Assembly: GCA_038212275.1 (NCBI GenBank)
Contig: JBBQUR010000010.1
Span: forward strand, 32,001-96,000
Direction: 5' to 3'
DNA length: 64,000 nucleotides
Source: Planctomycetota bacterium
GTDB lineage: Bacteria; Planctomycetota; B15-G4
Shown: piece by piece, positions 12,006-20,505 of the stretch
How the letters are laid out: the number at the start of each line of letters is the position of its first letter
How positions within the stretch are numbered: the stretch's first letter is position 1
Notes under the pieces: model-generated
What the model was told of the DNA's origin: nothing
Database searches by the model: none
The model's input: the letters and a program-made list of their open reading frames with translations, nothing else
Translations under genes and position numbers: made by a program

Positions 12006-12926
12006 ATGACCGAGCAGGTCTTCGAGCTGGAGAACTTCCGCGGGCCCATGGACCTGCTGCTGCACCTCGTGCGCGAGCAGGAGGTGGAGATCACGGAGGT
12101 GGACCTCTCGCGCCTCTGCGACCAGTACCTCAAGGCGCTGGATGTCCTGGAAGACCTCGACATCAACGTCGCGGGAGAGTTCCTGGTCATCGCCAGCACG
12201 CTGCTGCTCATCAAGTCGCGCGCGATCCTGCCGCGCGAGGAGGTGGACCTCAACGAGGAACTCGACCCCGGCGACGAACTCATCCTGCAGCTGCTCGAGT
12301 ACCGCAAGTTCAAGTCGCTGGCGATGGAGCTCGGCCACCGCGGCGAGCAGCGCGCGCTGCGCTTCCCGCGCGGCGCCTCCGAGGTGCCGCCGGAGGAGTT
12401 GCCGACGCTGGAAGAAGTCTCCATCTGGGACCTCGTCGGCACCTTCGCGCGCCTCACCGAGGAGCTGGGCCTCAAGCGCAGCTTCGACACGCTGCGCCAG
12501 GAGAAACCGCTCAAGGACTACCTGCGCGCCGTGCTCGACAACCTGCACGCCCAGCCGCAGTGGACCTTCCGCGAGCTGCTGCTGCATGCCGGGGGGCGCA
12601 CCGGCGTCTTCGGCGTGTTTCTCTCCGTGCTCGAGCTGACCAAGACCGGGCAGATCCGCGTGGAGCAAGGCGAGAACGGCGGCGAGATCGTGCTGCGCCT
12701 GCGCGAGGACCGCGACGAGACGCTGCTCTCGGGCATTTTCCAGGACGCGGCCGCGCCGCTCACGGCCCGGGTGGCCGGAGTCGTCGGCGGCCCGTCCGTC
12801 GAGGAGCCGGAGGGGCCGTCGCTCTTCCCGGAGCTCGCGGCGCCAAAGCCAGCGGCCGGAAGAGCCGCCGGCCCGGCGGCAGACGCCGACTCGGACGACG
12901 AGGACGACTCGGACGACGACGCCTGA
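12006..12926 (+). CDS. scpA: Segregation and condensation protein A (kleisin)
   Basis: FRGPMDLLLHLV, GEFLVIASTLLLIKSR.ILP, LLEYRKFK and FLSVLEL; acidic tail. Confidence 0.9.
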   Translation: MTEQVFELENFRGPMDLLLHLVREQEVEITEVDLSRLCDQYLKALDVLEDLDINVAGEFLVIASTLLLIKSRAILPREEVDLNEELDPGDELILQLLEYRKFKSLAMELGHRGEQRALRFPRGASEVPPEELPTLEEVSIWDLVGTFARLTEELGLKRSFDTLRQEKPLKDYLRAVLDNLHAQPQWTFRELLLHAGGRTGVFGVFLSVLELTKTGQIRVEQGENGGEIVLRLREDRDETLLSGIFQDAAAPLTARVAGVVGGPSVEEPEGPSLFPELAAPKPAAGRAAGPAADADSDDEDDSDDDA

Positions 12927-13006
12927 GGCTCATGCGCGCGGCGCCCGGCCAGCCGCACGACCAGCCCCGAGCGCGGCGCCGTGCCGGGCCGCGACGCGCC
13001 GGACAC

Positions 13007-13035
13007 TTGGCCGCCCCCAGCGAGGACAGTATCGT
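13007..13035 (+). promoter_or_regulatory. Putative sigma70-type promoter for trxA
   Basis: TTGGCC-N17-TATCGT; the same -10 hexamer recurs upstream of the gene at 37726. Confidence 0.45.
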
Positions 13036-13179
13036 GTGCCGCCCTGCACGGAAGGGCCGCGCGATCCCGCCGAAGGGCTATACGTTTCAGGTTCGCACCT
13101 GCGGCTGAAACCCGTGGCCGGCTGCGTGCATCGCAACGTCCCACCTTCCATCCCTGACCGATCGACCCGAGGAGTTCCC

Positions 13180-13521
13180 ATGGCCGGCAACGTTCCCGCC
13201 TTCACCGATGCCAACTTCGACACCGAAGTGCTCAAGTCCAAGTTGCCCGTCGTGGTGGACCTCTGGGCGGACTGGTGCGCGCCGTGCCGCGCCATCGCGC
13301 CGACGATCGAGGCGCTCTCCAAGGAGCTCTCCTCGGTCATCACCATCGGCAAGATGGACATCACCGCCAACCCGAACACGCCCAGCAAGTTCGGCGTGAC
13401 CGCGATCCCGACGATCCTGCTGTTCAACAACGGCAAGGAAGTCGGCCGGCTCATCGGCGGCGGCAAGACGGCCTCCGACTTCAAGCGCGAGTTCAACAAG
13501 GCCTTCGGCGTCTCGGTCTGA
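13180..13521 (+). CDS. trxA: Thioredoxin
   Basis: FTDANFDTEVL, WADWCAPC and FGVTAIPT; GAGGAG RBS before ATG 13180. Confidence 0.95.
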   Translation: MAGNVPAFTDANFDTEVLKSKLPVVVDLWADWCAPCRAIAPTIEALSKELSSVITIGKMDITANPNTPSKFGVTAIPTILLFNNGKEVGRLIGGGKTASDFKREFNKAFGVSV

Positions 13522-13606
13522 GCCTCTTGCCCGGCGGCGCGAGGCATCCGCAACGCGCGGCTGCCCCGCCGCCGGCCCGCAGACCCTGTCCCGGAGTGAG
13601 CGCGCG

Positions 13607-14533
13607 ATGAGGGTCACGCTGCTCGCATCCGCCGAGTTCGCCGTGCCGGTGCTGGAGGCTCTCGTCTCCAGCGGGCACGAGGTCGCGCTCGGGACGCAGC
13701 CCGCGCGGCCGGCTGGCCGCGGGCGACGTGCGGCCTCCACGCCCGTGGCGCTCTGCGCGGCGGAGTTCGGGCTGGCCGCCGAGGAATTGGACGACGTCAA
13801 CGCGCCGGAAGGCCTCGCCTGGCTGACGACCACGCAGCCCGACCTGCTTGCCGTGGTGGCCTTCGGGCAGAAGCTCGGGCCCGCCGTGCGCGCCGCCGCG
13901 CCATGGGGCTGCATCAACCTGCATCCGTCGCTGCTGCCGCGCTGGCGCGGCGCGGCTCCAGTGCCGGCCGCGCTGCTTGCCGGCGACGCGGAGACCGGCG
14001 TGTGCGTCATCGACGTCGTCGAGCGCATGGACGCGGGCGACCTCCTCGCCGTGCGCCGCACGCCGACGGCCGCGAAGACCGCCGGCGAACTGCTCGACGA
14101 GCTGGGACAGACCGGCGCCACGCTGCTTCTGGAGACGCTGGACTCGATCGCGCGCGGTGACTGCGTGCGCACGCCGCAGGACGAAGCCGCGGTGACGCGC
14201 TCGCGCAAGCTCGTGCCCGACGACGGCCGCATCCGCTGGGAACACACCGGCGCAGACGTGGACCGCCGCGTCCGCGCCGTGACGCCGAAGCCGGGCGCGT
14301 TCACGCTGCTCCCGGACGGCACGCGCCTCTCGGTGCTGCGGGGCGCGCCGACCCCGTGCGAACGCGGGCATCTCCCCGGCGAGGTGCTCGACCGCGACGA
14401 CGGCCTCGTCGTCGCCTGCGGCCGCGATGCCTATCGCATCCTCGAGCTGCAGCGCGAGGGCCGCAAGGCCATGGACGTCGTGGACTTCCTGCGCGGCAAC
14501 CCCTTGCCGCCGGGCACGCGGATGGGTCCGTGA
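13607..14533 (+). CDS. fmt: Methionyl-tRNA formyltransferase
   Basis: TQPARPAGRG, INLHPSLLPRWRGAAP, GDAETGV, MDAGD and LQREGRK.M; followed by rsmB. Confidence 0.93.
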   Translation: MRVTLLASAEFAVPVLEALVSSGHEVALGTQPARPAGRGRRAASTPVALCAAEFGLAAEELDDVNAPEGLAWLTTTQPDLLAVVAFGQKLGPAVRAAAPWGCINLHPSLLPRWRGAAPVPAALLAGDAETGVCVIDVVERMDAGDLLAVRRTPTAAKTAGELLDELGQTGATLLLETLDSIARGDCVRTPQDEAAVTRSRKLVPDDGRIRWEHTGADVDRRVRAVTPKPGAFTLLPDGTRLSVLRGAPTPCERGHLPGEVLDRDDGLVVACGRDAYRILELQREGRKAMDVVDFLRGNPLPPGTRMGP

Positions 14534-16053
14534 GCGACACGCCGCGCGACGCCTCCGATGCCCCGCGCGGCAAGGTGCGCAAGCCGGCGCATCGCGGCAG
14601 CGGGCCCGACGGCGTGCGCAGCGAGCGCGCGCGCGCCATCGCGTTGCTGCTCGACGTCGAGCGCGGCGCGTTCGCCGCGGAGCTGCTGGGCCCGCACGAC
14701 GGCCGCTTCGTGCGCGAACTCGTGCTCGGCGTGCTGCGTCGACGCCTGACGCTCGACGCCGTGCACGATGCCTTCGGCCGGCGCCCCGCCACAGACCTCG
14801 ACGACGACGTGCGCGCGGCCGTGCGCATCGGCCTCTACCAGTGGCTCTTCATGGACGGCGTGCCGCCACACGCGGTGGTGTCCGAGACGGTGGGCGCGTT
14901 GCGCCTGGCGGCCGGGGCGGGCGGCACCGGCGCGCGGGCCTGGGTCAACGCCGTGCTGCGCACGGTGCAGCGCGAGAGTCACAAGGTGCCCGAGGGACAG
15001 GACCGCGGCGGAAGCAGCCCGCGCAAGACGCTGCACCGTCCCGGCCGCTGCGTGATCTTCTTCTCGCGGCCCGTGTTCCCGGATCCTGCCGTCGATCGCG
15101 TCGCGTATCTCGCGGCGGCGCACAGCCATCCGGCACTGCTCGTGAAGCGCTGGCTGGCGCAGGTCGGCGAGGAGGCCGCCGTCGCGCGCATGGAGGCGGG
15201 CAATGCTCCGGCGCCGCTGGTGCTGCGTCCGCGCCTGCCGCGCTGCAGCGCCCGCTCGCTGGCCGAGACGCTCATGCACCAGGGCGTGTCCACCGAGCTG
15301 CTGCCGCGGCCGGGCGCGGTCACCGACGCGCTGGCGGTGAAGCCCGGCGCCGAGCGCGCGCTGGCCAGCCGCGCCTTCCGAGACGGCCTGTGCCTCGTGC
15401 AGGATCCCGAGCAGATGGATGCGGCGGAGCTGCTCGCGCCGCGCGCGGGCGAGGTCGTCTGGGATGCCTGCGCCGCGCCGGGTGGCAAGACCGCGCAACT
15501 CGCGGAGCTGCTGGAGATCGCGGAGGCAGGCGCAGTCACGCACGGCCGCATCGTCGCCACGGACGCGCGCGAGGACAGGCTGCAGCGCGTGCGCGAAAAC
15601 GTCGAGCGCCTCGGGCTGCGCGGCGTCGAGGTCGGCGTGCACGAGTTGCTTGGCGGCGGTGCGCCGGCCGGTCGTCCGGCGCGCGGCTTCGATGCGATCC
15701 TGCTCGATGCGCCGTGCAGCAACACGGCGGTGCTCGCCCGGCGCCCCGAGGCGCGGTGGCGGCTCCGCGAAGAGAGCATCGCCAAGCTGGCGTCGCTGCA
15801 GCGGCGCATGCTTGCGGCTGCACACGCGCAGCTCGCCCCCGACGGGCGGCTGGTCTACTCGGTCTGCACTCACGAACCCGAAGAGGGCGCGGCGCACGGC
15901 CTGAGTCCCACGCGATCGCCCTTCGCATGGATCGCGACGCACGCGGAACTCGGCGCGCTCGTCGACGGCTGGGAGCGCGACGGCCTGCTGGCCGGCGACG
16001 CGCCCGCGATCGGCCCGGCTGCGGACGGGCCGTCGCCTGGCGACGACGCGTGA
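14530..16053 (+). CDS. rsmB: 16S rRNA m5C methyltransferase RsmB/Sun (NusB-like + SAM domain)
   Basis: VPPHAVVSETV, VQD, WDACAAPGGKT, LDAPCSNT...RRPE and LVYSVCT; GTG start overlaps the fmt stop. Confidence 0.88.
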   Translation: MSDTPRDASDAPRGKVRKPAHRGSGPDGVRSERARAIALLLDVERGAFAAELLGPHDGRFVRELVLGVLRRRLTLDAVHDAFGRRPATDLDDDVRAAVRIGLYQWLFMDGVPPHAVVSETVGALRLAAGAGGTGARAWVNAVLRTVQRESHKVPEGQDRGGSSPRKTLHRPGRCVIFFSRPVFPDPAVDRVAYLAAAHSHPALLVKRWLAQVGEEAAVARMEAGNAPAPLVLRPRLPRCSARSLAETLMHQGVSTELLPRPGAVTDALAVKPGAERALASRAFRDGLCLVQDPEQMDAAELLAPRAGEVVWDACAAPGGKTAQLAELLEIAEAGAVTHGRIVATDAREDRLQRVRENVERLGLRGVEVGVHELLGGGAPAGRPARGFDAILLDAPCSNTAVLARRPEARWRLREESIAKLASLQRRMLAAAHAQLAPDGRLVYSVCTHEPEEGAAHGLSPTRSPFAWIATHAELGALVDGWERDGLLAGDAPAIGPAADGPSPGDDA

Positions 16054-17078
16054 GCGGCTCGCGGCCGGGCGCGCCGCTGCGCCTTGCGTACAACACGAAC
16101 GGCTGGCCGCAGCACGAGCTGCCCGAGGCCGCCCGACAGCTCGCGGCGCTCGGCTACGACGGCATCGCGATCACGCCCGACACGTTTCACCTGAACCCGC
16201 TCCGCGACGGCGCCGTGTCCGAAGCGCGTCAGCTGCGCCGGTTGCTCGACGAACTTCCGCTTGCGGTCGCCGTGGAGACAGGCGCGCGCTTCCTGCTGGA
16301 CCCAGCCCGCAAGCACCAGCCCACCCTGCTCAGCGGCTCGTCGGGCGCGCGCGCAAGACTCGACCTGCTGCGCCGCTGCTTCGACCTCGCCGTCGAGCTT
16401 CGCGCCGAGACCTTCTCCTTCTGGGCCGGGACCTGGGCGCCGGACGACGCGCCCACGGCGGCGACCATCACCTCGATGCCAGCGCGCGACGAGCAGCCCG
16501 CGACCGCCACCGCCGCGACCGCCGCCACCGCCGCCGCGACCGATGCCGCCACAGCCGCCACCGCCGCTGCGGCCGCAGCAGCCGCAGCCACCACGCCGCC
16601 GCGCGAGCTGCTGCTCGAGCGATTGTGTGCGGGGGCCGGCGCGTTGCTCGATCACGCGCGCGGCAGCGGTGTCGCCGTGTGTTTCGAGCCGGAGCCCGGC
16701 ATGGCGGTCGCATCGCTCGCGGAGCTGGACGAGTTTCTCGCCCGGCTCGCGCGACCCGAGCTGCGCGTCATGCTCGATGTCGGGCATGTGCCGGTGACGG
16801 AGCGCGAACGCCCCGGGTCGACCGCCGCGGCGGAGTCGGTGACGGCCCTGGCGAAGGCGGGCCGGCTCGGTGGCCTGCAGCTGGACGACTGCCGCGGCCG
16901 CGTGCACGAGCACTTGCTCCCCGGCGAAGGCGAGACGGACTGGCGCGCCTTGCTGGCGGCCATCGCGGAGAGCGGCTATGTGGGCCTCGCCTCACTGGAG
17001 CTGCCGCGGCATGGGCATGACCCGGTGAGCGCTGCCCGTCGCGCGCTGGCCTTCCTGCGCGGGCAGCCGCCGGGCTGA
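16050..17078 (+). CDS. Sugar phosphate isomerase/epimerase (xylose-isomerase-like TIM barrel)
   Basis: AYNTNG, GYDGIAIT, ETGARFLLDP.RKHQPTL, FEPEPG, LDVGH, HEHL.PGEGE.D and ELPRH; GTG overlaps the rsmB stop. Confidence 0.85.
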   Translation: MSGSRPGAPLRLAYNTNGWPQHELPEAARQLAALGYDGIAITPDTFHLNPLRDGAVSEARQLRRLLDELPLAVAVETGARFLLDPARKHQPTLLSGSSGARARLDLLRRCFDLAVELRAETFSFWAGTWAPDDAPTAATITSMPARDEQPATATAATAATAAATDAATAATAAAAAAAAATTPPRELLLERLCAGAGALLDHARGSGVAVCFEPEPGMAVASLAELDEFLARLARPELRVMLDVGHVPVTERERPGSTAAAESVTALAKAGRLGGLQLDDCRGRVHEHLLPGEGETDWRALLAAIAESGYVGLASLELPRHGHDPVSAARRALAFLRGQPPG

Positions 17079-17109
17079 CACGCACATCACTCAAAGGACT
17101 TCCGGGATC

Positions 17110-17799
17110 ATGACCAGCCCCGCACACGCCACGTTCCTTCCGCATCCGAAGCGCGCGCTCTCACCGGAGGCGCTGCTGGATTCGCTGCGCACGCGCTACG
17201 CCGTCAAGGCTTTCGATCCGTCGCGGAAGATCCCTGCCGACGACTGGCGCGCGCTGGAGCAGGCGCTGCTCCTCTCGCCCTCGTCCTACGGCCTGCAGCC
17301 GTGGAAGTTCCTGGTCATCGATGATCCGGCGCTGCGCGCGAAGCTGCAGACGGTGTCATGGGGTCAGCGCCAGGTCGTGGATGCATCGCATTTCGTGGTG
17401 ATCGCCGCGAGGCGCTCGATGGATGTGGAGCATATCGACCGCTTCCTGCGGCGCACGGCCGAAGTGCGCGGCGTGAGCCTCGACTCACTTGCGGCGTACC
17501 GGAAGCTCATCGTGCATTCGCTCGTGAGTCCGCCCGCGGGCTTCGATGCGCACTCCTGGTCCTCGCGACAGGCCTACATCGCGCTGGGCATGTTCCTCGA
17601 GAGCGCGGCGCTGCTCGGCATCGACGCGTGCCCGATGGAGGGCATCGAGCCGCTGAAGTACGACGAGATCCTGGGACTCGGCGCGCACGGCTACGGCGCC
17701 GTGGTCGCCGTCGCGGCCGGCTTCCGGTCAGCGCAGGACGCCTACCAGCACGCGGCCAAGGTGCGCTTCGACATCGGGGACGTCATCGAGCACCGCTGA
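17110..17799 (+). CDS. NAD(P)H-dependent nitroreductase family protein
   Basis: RYAVKAFD, LSPSSYGLQPWKF, QAYIALG, GIDACPMEG and KVR. Confidence 0.93.
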   Translation: MTSPAHATFLPHPKRALSPEALLDSLRTRYAVKAFDPSRKIPADDWRALEQALLLSPSSYGLQPWKFLVIDDPALRAKLQTVSWGQRQVVDASHFVVIAARRSMDVEHIDRFLRRTAEVRGVSLDSLAAYRKLIVHSLVSPPAGFDAHSWSSRQAYIALGMFLESAALLGIDACPMEGIEPLKYDEILGLGAHGYGAVVAVAAGFRSAQDAYQHAAKVRFDIGDVIEHR

Positions 17800-19087
17800 G
17801 CGGCACTTTCCCGCCCTTGGCGAGTCGATGCAGTTCGTCGTCCTCGAGCAGCGCGCGGGCTTCCTTCGCGGCGCGGAAGAGCACTTCGACGCGCTCGTCG
17901 CTCGGCTCGTAGCCGTGCTCCTTGAGCCACCACACCACGTTGCTCTTGCCGGACATCGGCCCCACGCGGATGACCTGCTTGAGTCCGAACTCTCCGGCGG
18001 GCACGCCCGAGTAGACGCGGTCCGCGAGCCATGCATCGCCCTTCTGCAGCGCCTTGATGACGGCGGCGGCGTGAACGCCCGTGCCCGTCTCGAAGGCGTC
18101 GCGCCCGAAGACCGGGTAGCCGATCGGAATGGGCACCTTCGTCGCGCGCGAGGTGAGGTGCACGTACTCGCCGAGGCGGCGCAGGTCGTTGTCGATCCAG
18201 CCGAGCAGCTTGAGGTTCACGAGCAGCAGGTCCATCGGGACGTTGCCTGCGCGCTCGCCGATGCCGAGGCCGGTGCCGTGTACGCGATGCGCGCCGGCCT
18301 GCAGCGCGGCGATCGCGTTCTGGATGCCGAGGCCGCGGTCCATGTGCCCGTGCCAATCGATCTTCACGTCCTTGCGGCCGCTCTTTTCGACGAGCTTGAC
18401 CGCCCAGCGGATGAGGTTGCGGGCGCCGTCCGGCGTGGCGTGGCCGCAGGTGTCGCAGAAGCAGAGGCGCGAGGCGCCGTGGTCGAGCGCCGCGCCGTAG
18501 AGCGCCTCGAGCGTCTTCGGGTCGGCGCGCGTCGTGTCCTCCGTCACGAACATCACGGAGAGCCCCTCGGCGCGCGCGAACTTCAGCGCGGCCACGGAGT
18601 GCTTGAGCATCGTCGCGACGTCCCAGTCCTCGGTGTACGCGCGGATCGCGGAGCTGCCGATGAACGTGGAGACCTCGATCTTCACGCCGGTCTTCTGCTG
18701 GATCTCGGCCACGGGCCGGATGTCGGCCTCGACCGTGCGGGCCGCGCAGTTGGGCTCCAGGTCGAGCCCGGCGTCGCGGATCTCCTCGGCAAGGCGCGTG
18801 ACCGTGGACACGACGTGCGGGCCGGCGCCCGGCAGGCCGATGTTCGGGTAGCGCAGCCCGAGCGCGGACATGAGGTGCAGCAGCTCGATCTTCTCGTCGA
18901 TCGTCGGCGCCGTGACCGACGGACATTGCAGGCCGTCGCGCAGAGTTTCGTCGTCGAATTCGATCGGATGCGGAGGACGCGTCACGGCCTCCGCGGTGTT
19001 CCAGTCGTGGATCAGGCCTTCACGGGACTGGTCGGCGCCAGGCTGGCCGGCGGTGGGCGGAGAGGGACGCTGGGGCTCATTGCTCAT
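17783..19087 (-). CDS. LeuA/homocitrate-synthase-like DRE-TIM metalloenzyme lacking the C-terminal regulatory domain
   Basis: DETLRDGLQ, EDTTR, DTCG, HGHMDRGL, GIGERAGN, GVHA and GPMSGKSN. Confidence 0.85.
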   Translation of the reverse strand: MSNEPQRPSPPTAGQPGADQSREGLIHDWNTAEAVTRPPHPIEFDDETLRDGLQCPSVTAPTIDEKIELLHLMSALGLRYPNIGLPGAGPHVVSTVTRLAEEIRDAGLDLEPNCAARTVEADIRPVAEIQQKTGVKIEVSTFIGSSAIRAYTEDWDVATMLKHSVAALKFARAEGLSVMFVTEDTTRADPKTLEALYGAALDHGASRLCFCDTCGHATPDGARNLIRWAVKLVEKSGRKDVKIDWHGHMDRGLGIQNAIAALQAGAHRVHGTGLGIGERAGNVPMDLLLVNLKLLGWIDNDLRRLGEYVHLTSRATKVPIPIGYPVFGRDAFETGTGVHAAAVIKALQKGDAWLADRVYSGVPAGEFGLKQVIRVGPMSGKSNVVWWLKEHGYEPSDERVEVLFRAAKEARALLEDDELHRLAKGGKVPLSGAR

Positions 19088-19094
19088 GCAGCGC

Positions 19095-19100
19095 ATTCTA
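19095..19100 (-). promoter_or_regulatory. Putative -10 element (TAGAAT), leaderless configuration
   Basis: TAGAAT-N7-ATG(19087); no evident Shine-Dalgarno sequence. Confidence 0.45.
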
Positions 19101-19248
19101 GCCGCGATGCGGCCCCCTTCGCGCGCCGTCCGTGCTTCGAGCTGCGTCCCGCCGCCTCGCGGTGCGTCGCGGCGCATCGAGACGCGTCGCGAGCCACGCG
19201 GATGAGAGGCCTTCGGCCCCTCGCCGGCCTGCTCGGACAGCGGCTTGC

Positions 19249-20292
19249 TCAGACAGCGGGCGGCTGACCCGGCTCGCTGAAGAACGGGTCGCCCGAGTCG
19301 AGCTTGGAGAGCCAGGCGTGGAAGTCGATGCGCTCGTTGCTGCCGATGGCGGTGCCCGCGCCCAGCATCTGGTCCACGACCTCGTTCGGCAGCGAAGCGT
19401 CGGCGGTCAGCTCCTTGCCCGAGAACGACCCGTCGAGGGCGAGCAGCCCGCGTCGCTGCAGCGGCCGGAGCAGGTGCCGGCGCCGAAGCAGGTCCTCCTC
19501 GCTCTCGCTCACCAGTTTGACCAGATCCACGGCATCGACCGAGCCCACGCCCTCGACCAGCTCCTGGTAGAGCATGGTCACGAGGATGAGCAGGGCGTCG
19601 AGGTCGAGGCCATGCTGCTCGCGCAGTTGCAGCAGCGGCAGCGCGTCGGTGACCGGGGTGAGGGCAAGGCGCTGGCTCGTGCGCAGCGCGTGCGCCCGCG
19701 CGCGGCCGAGCAGCACGCCGGCGCCGTCCGCGACGGGCAGCCCCGTGCCGGACCACGGATCCAACTGGAAAAGCAGTGCGGCGCGCCGCCGGTAGATGAG
19801 CGAGAGCCGGCGCAGGTCCGAGAGCACCTCCGCGTTGTTGCGATACGGCGCGGTGGTCTCCTCCGCATCCGTCGGCGCGATGCGGCGCGCGAAGATGTCG
19901 CAGGCGATGCGGAAGACATGGTCGGAGAGGCGATAGAGCGTGGCCTGAGCCGCGACGCCGTCCACCGGCAACGACTCGGGCAGCAGCAGCCCGCCGCTCA
20001 GCAGGCGCCCGTCGGAGGTCAGCCGTGCAAGTGCCTCCAGCCGGCCGACGCTGTCCGGCGAGGCACGGCGCGCGAGCTCGCTGCCCGTGATGCACGGACG
20101 GCCTTCGAGGCGCTCCGCGAGGGCGATCAGCAGCAGGCGCAATTCTTCCGACGAGACCTTCTGGCGGACGAGGAGTCCGAAGAGATCGCCCTTGCGGGGC
20201 GGACGGCCCAGCAGCCGCGGGAGCTCCGGAGCGGAGCGGTCCAGGGCCGAGAGCAGGCGCGCCAGGGCGGAGCGTTCAGTGGTGGTCGTCAC
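19249..20292 (-). CDS. Hypothetical helical protein with two winged-helix-like repeats
   Basis: GTG start after GAGAAGGA; coding-like composition; two similar segments (EELRLLLIAL..L...GRLLSGGLL and DALLILVTML..L...RPLQRRGLL). Confidence 0.7.
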   Translation of the reverse strand: MTTTTERSALARLLSALDRSAPELPRLLGRPPRKGDLFGLLVRQKVSSEELRLLLIALAERLEGRPCITGSELARRASPDSVGRLEALARLTSDGRLLSGGLLLPESLPVDGVAAQATLYRLSDHVFRIACDIFARRIAPTDAEETTAPYRNNAEVLSDLRRLSLIYRRRAALLFQLDPWSGTGLPVADGAGVLLGRARAHALRTSQRLALTPVTDALPLLQLREQHGLDLDALLILVTMLYQELVEGVGSVDAVDLVKLVSESEEDLLRRRHLLRPLQRRGLLALDGSFSGKELTADASLPNEVVDQMLGAGTAIGSNERIDFHAWLSKLDSGDPFFSEPGQPPAV

Positions 20293-20489
20293 GGATGTCC
20301 TTCTCTTCAGGGCGGCTGTCCGAGCCGCGACGCCGAGACCCATCGGGCCCGGGCGAGCAAGCGGCTTCCAGCCGCGAAGGTCCCGAAAGTACGCGGAACA
20401 CCCCACAGAGTAACCCACCTGCGGTGACGTGCCCGGTGTCGTCACGCATGCTGTCGCATCGATGCACGGATGGTGGCCGCAGGTCGGGC

Positions 20490-20498
20490 TGTTAGGCT
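20490..20498 (+). promoter_or_regulatory. Putative extended -10 promoter (TGnTAGGCT), leaderless configuration
   Basis: TGTTAGGCT-N7-ATG(20506). Confidence 0.4.
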
Positions 20499-20505
20499 TC
20501 CGCCG

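Noticed and set aside
13270..13290. Thioredoxin active site WCAPC instead of WCGPC
   Set aside because: A common natural variant.
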